A stretch of 62,763 bases of DNA from Psammoneis japonica (GCA_008632985.1 QPGO01000008.1:848979-911741), one strand, 5' to 3'; shown: positions 46,723 through 59,147, numbered from the stretch's first letter. Numbers and translations are program-made. The notes: generated from the sequence alone by a model not told the origin.

Positions 46723-48458
46723 CTATTCCATTGTTGCGACATAGAGGTAAACACAAAACCAGTGGAACATGGATGCCACCAGCACAAAGATGTGCCAGAT
46801 GCTGTGGTCCAGGTTGTGATTTCGGACGAAAAAGGGAACTCCTGCTGTATAGCCAACGCCACCAAGGACCAAAAGGTTGACGCCATCCATGGGTAATATC
46901 CCAACGATGTCGGGTAGACACACTGCGGCTGCCCAGCCAGTCCCCAAATACATTGCTAAGGAAAATGTCAATTTGTGCTTCCATGTCGGAAACAAGGCTT
47001 CCACCAGAATGCCCATGATGGAACAGACCCAAATGAAGACTAACAGATACAATCCTGTCGGATATTGATTCATAAGAATCACACAAAAGGGCGTGTACGA
47101 GCCAGCGATCAAAATGTAAATGGCGCACTTGTCAAACACTTGAAAGATGTATCTCGTAGCCCGTAACGAAAAGAAGGAATGATACAGTGTCGAACTCGTG
47201 TATAAAACCAAGAGCGATGATGAATATATAGAACAGCTCACCACATTTCTGGTTGGCGCATCCTTTACACGACGGGAGAGGACAAAGGAACCCACAATCG
47301 CCAGCAAAATGCCCAGACCATGCGTAACGCAATTCATAACCTGCAAGTACGTGAATGCGTGCAAACTGAGATGTGAATTGCGAATCATTCCCCTCTACGC
47401 ACTAACAACTGGATATCTGCCCTTACCTCCTGGAAAATTAGATTCCCTTCCATGTCCACAGCTAGGAACTTATCAGCTTTCTCGTTACGTTTGGTGAGTT
47501 CACGCTCGATAGCTCTAGTTCCTACAAACCCAATCCGATTGGCGCTGAGATCGACTTCTTCAAGCCCGCAAACCTTGCTTCGGCACACATGTTGCGCAAA
47601 GGCAATGGCGCCACGTTCACCGGAGCGACATCCTCTCATATTGAGAACTCTCAATGTTGGGTTCGTGGATACTCCCAGATAAATAGCACAGGCACCGTAT
47701 GGTCCAATCCTGTTGCGTTGCAAAAATACCTCTTGAATGTACTGGCTAGTCTGCAACACCTTTGAGAGGGTAAAAGCTCCGTGAGACTGGAAGCCATGCT
47801 TCCCATTCTGCCCCTTGCCTTCCTTAGCTGCTATACTGAAGTCTAAGCGTTTGACGTATCGCAAAGCTCCGTTACAATGACGCAAGAGGATCTCTCCCAA
47901 GGCCAACATGTCGGCATCATGAAAGCTGCCACTCACGCGTACCGCGGGAAGTGCGAAACGAAAGGACGTAAGAACACCGGCATTAACTCGATCTTGACAG
48001 CCATAAAATTTACAAGCAGCAATGTATTCTCCAATGATTCTTTCCACCGTTCCTACATCGCTTGGCGAGTCCAGCATGGGTTTCAAAACTAAAGGAGAGA
48101 TCACAGAATCTTGGAGAACGGTGAGAACATCACCATCGGAGAAAGAAGACCCCTCTTGCGACTTTTCACTGCTGTCCTGGTTTTCGTTCTCTTCGTTGCT
48201 GGGCTGAGAGCATTCCTGGCAGCAAAGACCCGAAAGAGCTCGCATCATGTTTGAAGATAAGGCACGCGTTCTGGAACCTGCGCGACGCTTTGAAATTATC
48301 TCCCCGCTAGAGTTTCTCGGATGTGGTGATCCAACAACGTTACCATTCTCATAAGAGGATGGCATACTAGATGGGATGCTGCTCGCTACAGCGTGGGAAA
48401 GTGTAGCTTCAGTGTTTCTTTCTCGGTTCGTTCTCACTGGTCTCTTAACAGCGGGCAT
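46723..48458 (-). CDS. RNI-like LRR domain fused to a hemolysin III/PAQR membrane domain, 1 intron
   Basis: [38 protein letters not shown]...GCAG intron about 47342-47426 joins [44 protein letters not shown]. Confidence 0.85.
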
Positions 48459-48830
48459 GTCGGTCTTGTCGGTCTCGTCTGACACGGCTCTATTGAAGAT
48501 GTTTCTGACGCCTCCTCTTTAGGTGACAACTACATTAAAAGGGAGCTCAAAGCTCACTCTGTCTTACTGTCGTCGTCGTCGTCGTCGTCGATTCTTCAGG
48601 TGTTTTGACGACGCGAAAGGGCAAAGTAGAAAATTGAAAATGAGATGGTGCGTGACGGATTGATGACAAAATAGTTGAAACGTCCTACAGTACTGTTGTA
48701 CCTGTACAGTACGTACACGTTAAATACTTTCAAAACGTGGTTGCATCACACACAAAGTGACGTCATTAGTTTTTCCCGCGCTTTTTGCTCTTCAAGTAAG
48801 TTCATCGGCAGGTCGTCAAACAGTGTGGGA

Positions 48831-48961
48831 TACCGTACATAACGACAACGCTGACGTGGAAGGTCATCCTCTAAGTAATTGCGCCTTATGTACGGTACAA
48901 ATTTTATACCGTACATACATAAGGCGGAGGATGTAACAAGGTTATACCGTACATAAAGGCG
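48831..48961. repeat. Cluster of four TACCGTACATA(AGGCG) motifs, one inverted
   Basis: Copies at 48831, 48907 and 48945 (+) and 48882-48897 (-). Confidence 0.85.
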
Positions 48962-49119
48962 AATTTTTACTTACTTAACGGGGTACTTTTTTGAGTCATC
49001 ACACATTGCCCTTTGTCATTTTAATCAAGTTAGTCAAACACAGCTTTTTAAACCGCCGCATCGCAGTGCGCACGGAGAAGACGGATCTTGTGGCACAAAT
49101 GTCGCCAGTCTAACGCAGA

Positions 49120-50480
49120 AAATGTGATGGCATCCCAAGCAGAAAGAATTGCTGTTGTCAGCTGTTGCTTGCTTCCTGTCTCTCTGTTGTTGTCTCTTCT
49201 TTTGCAAGTGTTCTGAGTTGACAATGCAGGGGGCCGGCTCTCTGAGCTCTGGCAGCTCCTGGGAGCTGGCCAGCACTGCTGCTGCTCTTGGCTGGCGCCT
49301 CACAAGCAGTGGCTGTGCACAATGATGTGCACTCTTGAGCCACCACCTGGTGCCAAGACTGTGCCAAGTTGGCTTGCTTCTCTCTGTGTGGTTTCTTGAC
49401 TTTGCCCCCATGCCATCCTCATCAAAGCAAGCCTTTGTTTTCTCACCCTGCTTTTGCCGCTGCTTGTCTTGTGCTGGCACACACTGGAGATCATTTCCAG
49501 GCACCTCAGATGCTGCGTGCTTGTGAGCTTCTGCTCTTTTCATCTTTTCTTTTTGTTCTTGTTGCTCTGGCTGCTTGCTGCTCCAACACACAGCAGAGCT
49601 GCTTTTTGCTGCTGACACTGCTGCTCTTGCCCGTGACCTTGTTGGTGCCACAGCAAAGCACTGTGCTGGAAGCTCTGCACCAAACACCAAAGCTGCAAAG
49701 ACAATTGCCCAGCTCTGCAAAGAGGTCATGGAGCACATGCTTGTGCTCTCATTTGACAGAAGCAGCGCACAGCAGCAGAGAGATATCTTCAGCAAGCTCC
49801 GGTGCTTTCGCACATGCTCGGAGATTCGCTGACAAGCACTGGAGCAGTTTTTTGCAAGGCACAGCTCTCAATGACAACTGGGTTACACCCAAAAGTGGTG
49901 TTGAAAACACTTTTCAGGGAGCTGCTGCTTGGTCATGGACAACACACAGAGATTCTTGGCTGGCCTGCCGGGGCAGCAATGTGAGCTTTTGCTGGGTTGT
50001 GCTGCAAAGCATCTCACAACTGCTTGCTTTCAGCTCCCAAAACAGAGTCTCACAATTTCCCCTTTTGGCATTCTCTTCACCCCTTCCACCCAGTTCTTCA
50101 AGGCACAGCACATGCCGCTGTCCTCTGTGCAGGCTCTTGTCCCCTTTGGCGGCTTCTCTCTTCTTGCTTCCTCCTCGTGTTGCTCTGCCTCCTCTTGTGG
50201 CCTCCTCCACTGGTGCTGGTGTGGCTGGACACTTTGTTTCTGCACAAGCTCCTTGTCTGCATGTTGCATTTTGCTTCACACGTTGTCCCTTGTCCTTGAG
50301 TGCAGCTGCCTTTGATGATGGTTGCTTGTGCAGTTGTTGTCAGTTCTCCCCACTTTAACACACGGGTCACTTTTGTGACATGACGACTCTCGCTTCGCTC
50401 GAGTCGAGTTAATCAAAACCTGCTGCCCACACCAGGTGAAAAAATGCCAGTTCATCTTCCCATCTGTCTTGCTTCCCATG
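49120..50480. other. TpA/CpG-depleted degenerate domain 5
   Basis: Only a few TA in about 1.3 kb. The 329-aa and 259-aa ORFs here contain no Tyr. Confidence 0.85.
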
Positions 50481-50510
50481 CTGTAGTCTACTCTCTATTA
50501 TGTGGACAAA

Positions 50511-52785
50511 ATGAAGTTAGCGATCAATAACGATGCTCTGATATTTGGCTTCTTGCTCTGTATTGCGCCTGCTCGTCTTTGCGTAGCTGGCGCGTTTTGC
50601 TTCCATGAGACGGCACACCACAATGAGAAGTCGCCTTCACCGCGCCCATTGCCTGGATTGATGGCATACGCTGTAAACGGCTCCCCAAATGTTGACATTA
50701 ACATTGAGCAGAAACACAACACAGATAGGCACATTGTTGAAGACGAAAACGCATTTGATTTCGTTTCTGGTCTTGCATGTGCGTGTTTGTTCGAGAGCGA
50801 CCTGCGCCGTGATGCCGTGGGCAAGCCCGGAGGAACCCAGGCTTCTTCAGCAACAAACTGGATAAATGATAAACATGCGTTTGCCCTTCAAAACGCATTT
50901 GATAAGATCTCTCTCAAGGTAAATCACAGGTCTGTGGGGACAAAGTTGCACCTTCTCACACCTCACTCCTTGGGATTTTCGTCGTTTACGCGCTGAAAAG
51001 CTTGCCGAGGAAAGATCAGGACTCGATCGCGATGAAGCTTCAATGTGGATCAGGTGGATGAGATCGGTACCCACGCCACTAGTTGTCGACTTGTCACAGT
51101 GCCTACGAAGGTTGCGAATGAGACGATTACAGACGCCGCATTGGCTACAATTGACACGTCACGCTTGCAATTTCTCTCACGCCTAGGATGCCGTCTGATC
51201 TTGCTGCCTTCCGGATCTACTTTGTCGGGTCCACTTGTAGAACCACCAGCCAGCATTATTTATGGCAAACTATTGTATGGTGGCGTGACAAGATACCGTT
51301 CTTTGGTTTCAAGTAATAGCAATAGACCCCCAGGAATGCGGGTGAAAGAACAGAAGTTAAGACATCTGCAGACCAAAATGTCCAGCATGGTTGCAGTACG
51401 GAGGCCCAAACCGAATGTACGAAGCAGTTGACATGGGTGCAGCTGCGGTGATGGAAATCATGTTGCTTCCTCGTGGAAAAGAGCTGGATTTTCAGTGTGC
51501 GAATCATGACATGACTGTTACACGGATGGTTTGGAGCCCTCAGAACATGCTTGGATATTTTGACGCCAAGAACGAAAACATGGACCTTATCAAAGGACAA
51601 AAGAGAAACAGCTTTACTTCTGGAATAACTCCAATGACGCTATCGGGGTCGGAACGCAACAATGCTTTTAAATCAGATTTTCAATCCTCTGTTGGCGGGC
51701 TTGGGGACCAAATCGATTCAATCGTCCGCAGGGTCTTGGATGGTCGAGTCATCCGTCCTGCTGAAGATGATGACGAAGGGGGCATTGGCAGACCGTATGA
51801 ACAAGATGAAATGTCTGCAGAACTCAGCATAGCTAGCATGGAAGCAGAGGAATTAGCACTGCTCGGGTTGACACCCGTGAAAGGCCTTTTGTTATACGGA
51901 CCTCCCGGATGCGGTAAAACAGCCCTCGCACGAGAAATCTCGCGTGCTCTCAGGGCTCGAGCCCCAAAGATTGTGTCGGCACCTGAGCTTTTGGATCGCT
52001 GGGTGGGTGGTTCCGAAAAGTTGGTTCGTGCCCTTTTTGCTGACGCCGAAGCAGAACTTGCAGTGTGCAACGGGGACGCCACTAGGAGCGCCCTGCACGT
52101 CATTGTTATCGATGAAATCGATGCTGTTTTTCGGAAGCGAAGTACTGCTGAGGATAGTGGCGAGTCAACACGATCTTCCGTGGTGAATCAGATTCTTGCC
52201 AAGCTCGACGGAGTCAACGCAATACCGAACATCTTACTGATTGGCATGACAAACCGTAGAGAGCTCCTTGACGACGCATTGCTTCGACCTGGGCGTTTGG
52301 AGGTACAGATTGAAATCCCATTACCAGATAAAGAAGGTAGAAGAGAAATTCTCCAGATCCACTTTGATGGGTTGCGGAAAAAGGGGCGACTTAGCAAGCC
52401 ACTTTGCTGCGCAATCGATGGTGTTCTCACTGGCGGCGACGAAGAAAGCGAGTTGACTGTCGAAGACGTATCGTTTATCGATAAAACAGAAGTTAAGGGC
52501 GATGATTTTCCCCTTGAAGATATATCTGCAAGAGTTTCAGGACGCAAACGGAAGGCCATCAAGCGCACCGTGAGTCGCATTTTGAAGCCAATAACCGAGA
52601 GATCCAGCTACGATCTGGCGGCGGACTACGCTACTGGTGGTTTTTCGGGCGCCGACATCGCAGGGCTTGTTCGATGTGCCGGGTCGCTAGCACTCGCTCG
52701 AGCCAGACGAGACGGAGGTGGAGTTGACGGACTACTCATAACACTTGAAGACGCGAAGGAGGCTTTGGCTGAATTGAAGGGCTGA
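50511..52785 (+). CDS. AAA+ ATPase (NSF-like single AAA domain) with N-terminal extension; intron plus apparent frameshifts
   Basis: [50 protein letters not shown]. Intron about 50919-51000. Frame breaks near 51100 and 51330-51385. Confidence 0.8.
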
Positions 52786-53056
52786 AATTGTTCTAAGGAG
52801 GGATGCCAACATTGAAAGATGAGAGCCTAGTGACCAAAACGAAAACAACTTGTTTTGTGATCTTCGGATCATCTTCCATAGTTTCCTATGAGGACTCTCC
52901 ATACATTAGAGTAGAGACCTCAAACCAAAAAACCTTGAAACGAAACGCCGGTCGTACGCGGAGAAACATTTTTAAAAGTATTCATCCTTGTATATTATAG
53001 TATAATGCCTTCGACATCGCACATCACGCAACACGCAACCATATTACCGTTACACC

Positions 53057-53761
53057 ATGGCGTTGTTTTTCTTAAGTCTTTCAGTATGCATCACTGTAAC
53101 GCTTTCTCTGTCTCCTCCTCAGCAACGAAAAGGATTCACGGGTGTCAGGTTCTCGCTTTACCCTAATGTGTTGCACGACAGCGACGAACAGGACGAGAAA
53201 CGATCTCTTCGGCAGACGATCTCTTCTGCCGTGAAGGACTTGGACACCTTGGGTCTCGAGGTAGCGCCAGATGATGTTTCAACGTGCTTGTTGGGACCTG
53301 AGCCTGCCCTATTTGAGGCTATGAGGGTTGCTTTTGGAAGAGCTTCGGAATCGGCAACGGGAAAACCTCGACAAGTTTCAATGCAATGTACTTTCTCTGC
53401 GGGGTGTCCTGGTGAGCCGGATTCATCTCCTCTCCCTCCTCGCACTGCGGTTTCAGCTCCCGGAGATGAATTTGTAGCGGAAGCACGAAGGAAATTGCCA
53501 TCGAGGATTGCATGCCAATTTGCGATCTATCCTCTTGGAACAGAGAACCATTTGGAAACAATCTACGATGTGATTGAGAGCGCAAAGAGGTCGTCCGCTT
53601 GGAAGGAAGAGAAAACACATTTTTGTTCCATGCTGGATGGCAATGGAGATGAAGTATTTGATGTACTTCGATCGAGCTTTGACCTAGCTCGAAAAAGTGC
53701 TGGTCACGTTGTAATGACAGCTTCACTTACTGCAAACAAGAGGCAGTGGAATGACAAGTGA
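53057..53761 (+). CDS. YkoF-like (thiamine/HMP-binding fold) protein with N-terminal signal peptide
   Basis: Duplicated RFSLYP and QFAIYPLG half-domains, TFSAGCPG linker, HVVMTASL end. Hydrophobic N-terminus. Confidence 0.7.
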   Translation: MALFFLSLSVCITVTLSLSPPQQRKGFTGVRFSLYPNVLHDSDEQDEKRSLRQTISSAVKDLDTLGLEVAPDDVSTCLLGPEPALFEAMRVAFGRASESATGKPRQVSMQCTFSAGCPGEPDSSPLPPRTAVSAPGDEFVAEARRKLPSRIACQFAIYPLGTENHLETIYDVIESAKRSSAWKEEKTHFCSMLDGNGDEVFDVLRSSFDLARKSAGHVVMTASLTANKRQWNDK

Positions 53762-53977
53762 AAACCAGGATTTCATCGCGGTTCGCTTTCTGGTGGACCG
53801 GTGGACCATGCTAAACTACGTACTCTGGATATCGATACCAATAGATACGGTAGCGAGTACATTATTACCTGGCAAGGAAAATACTATGCTAGAGAATACA
53901 CAGATGCGCGTACCGGTAGTATCCCTCTTTCTCAAACTCTTCCGTGTCAATTCGTCTCCGAACCAGTTTCAATGCTC

Positions 53978-56113
53978 TCATGCATCCTCTGGTTTGATTG
54001 GTTCGAAGCCGTAGTCTGGCGAAATAAACAAACACACAAAAAGAACAAAATTGTAATCAGCCGTGCCCCATTGTACATCACGTATCACACACCTGACCAT
54101 ATGCCATTCGCATCAACTCACTGTACGTTCCTGCTTCCCTTTCCATTTCTTCTTCGGCCATTAACTGCTCCATCGCCCGCTTCCACTCATCATCTAGACC
54201 ACTTGGGTTCTGCTCGTCGTTGGCATGGTAGACAACACTCTGTGACTTTCGACGGACAATATCTTGCTGTAACTCCTCTGGCGTAGTTCCTTGCGTTTCT
54301 GGCAAAACCAGCAGCGTAAAGAAGAATGTCACAAGAAGAACCGTAGCGAATGGGCCGAAGGAGTACGGACCGAGAGCATTGTTAATCGTAGGAAAGGTAA
54401 GGCCAACGACAAAGTTGCAGGCCCAGTTGAGTTGACTGCACATGCTCATAGCTACAGCCACGTGCTTCGCCGCGAACATCTCCGCCACAATTAGCCAAGG
54501 GATTGGGCCCAAGCCAATCTCAAAGAAACTTACATAAGCATTGACTGCAATCAACGCCATGATGTTGCTGAAGTAGCCAAGAAGAGCGAGAACAATCAGG
54601 ATACAGCTGAGAAACATACCACCCGACGACCATAGAAGAAGCGTCTTTCGGCCGCATGAGTCCATGACCAACAATGCAACATATGTGGCAAGCACGTTGA
54701 CCGCACCGACAATGGTTGTACCAACAAGGGGGTTGTCGATGACACCTTGGAAAAAGGAAGTGGAGTAATAGAATACTGCATTGATACCGCAGAACTGTTG
54801 AGCCATTTGTAAAAAGAGGCAAGACATAAACATGCTACGGAGCTTGGGTCTGCGCCAGATTTCAGCCAGTACAGCACCTTGAGAGTTCTGCTCCTGCTTT
54901 TGCGAAGCGGAACCAACCAAAAAGTGCCCCACTTCCGTTTCGATCTCGTGGTCATACCGTAGTCCACGAAGCTGCTTTATAATGTAACGCGCACGGAGTG
55001 AATTTGGATCACGTCCCAACAGCCACCGAGGACTCTCCAACAAGAACGCCGAGAGCAATAGCTGGAACACGGCAACAAGGGCGGTAACTCCAAACAAGAG
55101 ACGCCATAAGGCTTCCGTTGCCAAAGGAAAGGCGCAGAGATCTGCAACAAGGATACCGGTGACCAAAGCAAACTGCGTCAGAGTACCAAGCATTCCACGC
55201 ATCGTCGGAGGAGCCAGCTCTCCGAGATAGATAGGGACCAAGACAGAGGAGAAACCACTGGCGAATCCAATGACGAAACGTGCCAGAATGATGACATACA
55301 TATTAGGTGCAAGGGACTGCATCAAACCTCCGAAGAGAAAGGTCCATGTGTCGATAAGAAGCGCCCCACGTCTTCCTCTTGAGTCGGCTAGTCTACCTCC
55401 CGCGATTGCACCAAGAGGACCGCCAATGGCAAAAGCGGCAACTGCCACACTCCAGATTGCCGTACTGTGTCCAGGAAAGACTACAGCTTCGGGAGCATTC
55501 ATTACTCCCGTGTTGTAGCCTACCAAGAACTGACAGAGCGATGCACAAACAACTGCAAATACGAGCGGGGTCGTAATAACTGCAGCCTCAAACTCTAATT
55601 CATCCAAAATAATCATACTGGCGTGAGAGCGGCGCAAGCTCATTTCGTCCTCCGACAATCCTTTCACAGCGGAGACGTCGAGATCTGCTGCAAAGTTTGC
55701 AAATGCCTGAGATATGTTGTGCTCTCTTTTTTGCAAACCCATCACGGCTTGAAATGGCAGCTCTTCGTAAAGGAACTGTCGCCCGGCTTCTGTTGGGGTC
55801 ATGCCCGGTCCGCCGACACCCGAGATACTATACGACTTGGGTAGGCCCTTAACCTTGGGAACATCGATGAACTCGATCGTACCCAAACTCGCGGATCCGC
55901 CCATGGCAGCCAGAGACACACTGCGCATTGCTTTGGTCTCCCTCATGGAACCCATGTTGGCGAATGGATCCTTTATGTAGGATAGCATTTGACATTGATA
56001 AATAGGTTGAAAGTAAACACAACAATTCGTAACAAAACAGCGGAGTATCTTTTATTGCTACTCACCTTTTTGTCATCTCTGGATAAGAGAGGCTTGTCCT
56101 CAGAGTTTGTCAT
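53978..56113 (-). CDS. MFS sugar porter (GLUT-like), 2 introns
   Basis: [54 protein letters not shown]. Short first exon ([19 protein letters not shown] at 56113) and last exon ([11 protein letters not shown]) inferred from splice sites. Confidence 0.92.
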
Positions 56114-56432
56114 AGTGATCAAGGGTTTATCAGAGCGAAACTAGAAGGAGGCGTCTCACCCTGAATCAGTTTTAGGTCTTGGTAGTTGGTATCGATGCCG
56201 CAACAACACAAGAGGAATGATGAAAGATGAAAGATGAAAGCGAATTGGAATGCGGTGCGAATGAATCCTAAAATAAATCCAAAATTGGAATCCAATCTTT
56301 TTTCTTTTTCTGAAACCACTCGGATCCATGCATAAAATCGAAAAAATGCGCCAAATGATGACGTCATGAATCAGCGCGAACACGCACAATCTGGAAGAAA
56401 TCCCGTCACTTTTTGCCAACTGGAGCACGACG

Positions 56433-57478
56433 ATGATGAAAGTATTGGGCTTGGTTGTAGCTGCGTCGGCGCTCTTGGACGCAAATGCCTATTCGATTAA
56501 CCGAGCCTTTAAGAGTAGCTCAAATAGCATAGTCGATGCGACTTCAGCGCAAACTTCGGCACTTGAGGCGCGTTTAAGCATGACTCGCCGCGAACCGATT
56601 CGCATGCCAACAAACACTCCCATGGTTCCATACAAGGTGAGCAAAAAGCAACAGATCAGAATGACATATACTTTCCTCTGTACAATGTCCATCAAAGTTA
56701 ACCCTTCTTTTGGTTGCTCGAAATGATGACACAGCCACCGGGATCGCAGTACGCCCAATTCATCGAACTCGACTCAGCAATGTATCGCGAGAGAATCGTG
56801 ATGGTCGGAAAATTCATTGATGAAGAAGTAGCCAATAATCTTATTTCCATCATTCTCTATCTTCGACAGGAGGATCCAAAGGCACCAATTGATTTGTATT
56901 TCAATGTTCCTGGGGCCATTCTTCGTCCTGGCTTGGCAGTGTACGATCTCCTCTTGCAGACTCGTGAGCAATGTGAGATCAACACGGTAAACCTCGGTTT
57001 GTGCACTGGTATGGGTGCTCTCTTATGCAGTGCTGGTACCAAGGGTCATCGAGCTGCCATGCCCAATGCTCGTTTCTTGTTGCAGCGAACCGGCCTCGAC
57101 CAACCATTTCAAGGCCAAGCTTCCGACATTGGCCTCGAGGTGAAGAATGTCAAGACTTGGAACGATCGCATGGAGGCAGAGCTGTCAACTTTGACCGGAC
57201 AACCCCTTGAGCAAATTCAAGAGGATCTCAAACGAGACTTTTACCTATCTTCTGATGAAGCTGTGCGGTACGGACTCATTGACAGTGTGCTGTTGCCAAC
57301 TCGCGCAAAGAGAGCGGCGAAGGCCAAGGAAGCTGACCTTGGTGCATTTGAGGGTGACGACGAACAGAAATATCAGAACAAAGATAATCAAGGTGGATGG
57401 GGAAGCCGTGAAACTCCTCGTAAAGAGGAGAAAAAGCAGGATGACGATGACGACGAGCCAAAGATCATGAAAGGATAA
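56433..57478 (+). CDS. Plastid-targeted ClpP-family subunit, probably non-catalytic ClpR, 1 intron
   Basis: Signal peptide. PMVPYK|PPG intron about 56636-56734. YRERIV, LYFNVPG, RDFYLSSDEAVRYGLID. Catalytic Ser/His positions read GLCTGMG and FLLQRT. Confidence 0.85.
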
Positions 57479-57909
57479 GGCACTCTCTTTCTGTCCTTTT
57501 TGCGATTCGCAACATTCTACGTTGCATTAGAAGTAGTTAGTAGTAGGATCTGAATTGCTTCACTTGGCACGTTTATGGGCTTGTTACCATTGTTAATTTT
57601 AAACCATTCTCAATCGCTATCAAGGCACTTTCCTCAAGACCTTGGAAACAGTAGTGCGTGCCGATATCGTTTGGGAAACACGCTCTCCAACGCTTGCTCC
57701 AACGGCTATCGTGGTAAGACTGCTTTGCGACAAGCATTCTCTCTACTAGAGATACTCTATCTATCTACAATAGAGGGTAGACTAGGGCCTACAGTTAAGA
57801 GTTAGGCCCCGCCCTCTCTACTCTCTGCTAGCTAAGTACGTAGATACCGTAGAGAGTCGAAATGCATAAATGACGCGACGCGCGCAGAAAACGTATCCGC
57901 GGTATGGTA

Positions 57910-57967
57910 AGTGCGGTCATAACGGCGGTATGGAAATCTGATTGGACAAACGACGTCAGCTAAGAAC
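57910..57967 (+). repeat. Left terminal inverted repeat of the MULE (minimum extent)
   Basis: Exact reverse complement of 62706-62763. Confidence 0.95.
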
Positions 57968-58106
57968 CGTGTGATAATCGATAAGTAACGATGACATCAT
58001 CCTTACCTCACCATACGTGTACATTTTCATCGGTGGATATATTATTATGAATGTTCCCAACTTACTCACAGCCAACTGCAGCGCTGCAGCGCACAATGAC
58101 ACCGGT

Positions 58107-59055
58107 CGACGGTGTCCCACTTTACGGCGAGATATCTCAATGATACTTACACCGATTTCCCCGTTTCTTTTTTCAGTATTGGGATAAATTGTACAATGCA
58201 TCCTACTAGGTTGGTGCCATTGTACATTATTGAGAATTATGGATTTCTGTTTTGTTTGAAACCTCGCAGCAATTTCAAATTTTGGAAAAGCGCGCACGAC
58301 GGTGTCCCACTTTACGGCGTGATATCTCAACGATACTTACACCGATTTCCCTGTTTCTTTTTTCAGTATTGGGATACATTGTACAATTCATCCTACTAGG
58401 TTGGTCCCATTGTGAATTATTGAGAATTATGGATTTCTGTTTTGTTTGAAACCTCGCAGCAATTTCAAATTTGGAAAAGCGCGCACGACGGTGTTCCACT
58501 TTACGGCGTGATATCTCAACGATACTTACACCGATTTCCCCGTTTCTTTTTTCAGTATTGGGATTCATTGTACAATTCATCCTACTAGGTTGGTCCCATT
58601 GTGAATTATTGAGAATTATGGATTTCTGTTTTGTGTGCAACCTCGCAGCAATTTCAAATTTGGAAAAGCGCGCACGACGGTGTTCCACTTTACGGCGTGA
58701 TATCTCAACGATACTTACACCGATTTCCCCGTTTCTTTTTTCAGTATTGGGATTCATTGTACAATTCATCCTACTAGGTTGGTCCCATTGTGAATTATTG
58801 AGAATTATGGATTTCTGTTTTGTGTGCAACCTCGCAGCAATTTCAAATTTGGAAAAGCGCGCACGACGGTGTTCCACTTTACGGCGTGATATCTCAACGA
58901 TACTTACACCGATTTCCCCGTTTCTTTTTTCAGTATTGGGATTCATTGTACAATTCATCCTACTAGGTTGGTCCCATTGTGAATTATTGAGAATTATGGA
59001 TTTCTGTTTTGTGTGCAACCTCGCAGCAATTTCAAATTTGGAAAAGCGCGCACGA
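58107..59055. repeat. Tandem array of five 189-190-bp units inside the MULE
   Basis: ACGGTG anchors at 58109, 58299, 58488, 58677 and 58866, ending at 59055. Units 3-5 are essentially identical. Confidence 0.97.
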
Positions 59056-59147
59056 AGGATGCAGGTAAGTACCATTCGATTCTCCGTGGTGCTACACCAA
59101 TATTCTTACTTCTTTGCACCATTTTAACAAGAAGTTGACAACGTCCC

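Noticed and set aside
49034..50358. 259-aa and 329-aa ORFs
   Set aside because: No Tyr and no recognisable motif. They lie in depleted domain 5.
50360..50410. Short hairpins (GTCAC-TTTT-GTGAC) as a Helitron 3' end
   Set aside because: No convincing CTRR terminus or Rep/helicase remnant is visible.
58107..59127. CRISPR array, or 63-aa repeat proteins on both strands
   Set aside because: Units are contiguous with no unique spacers and there are no cas genes. The ORFs follow from a 189-bp period divisible by three and break at the 190-bp unit.
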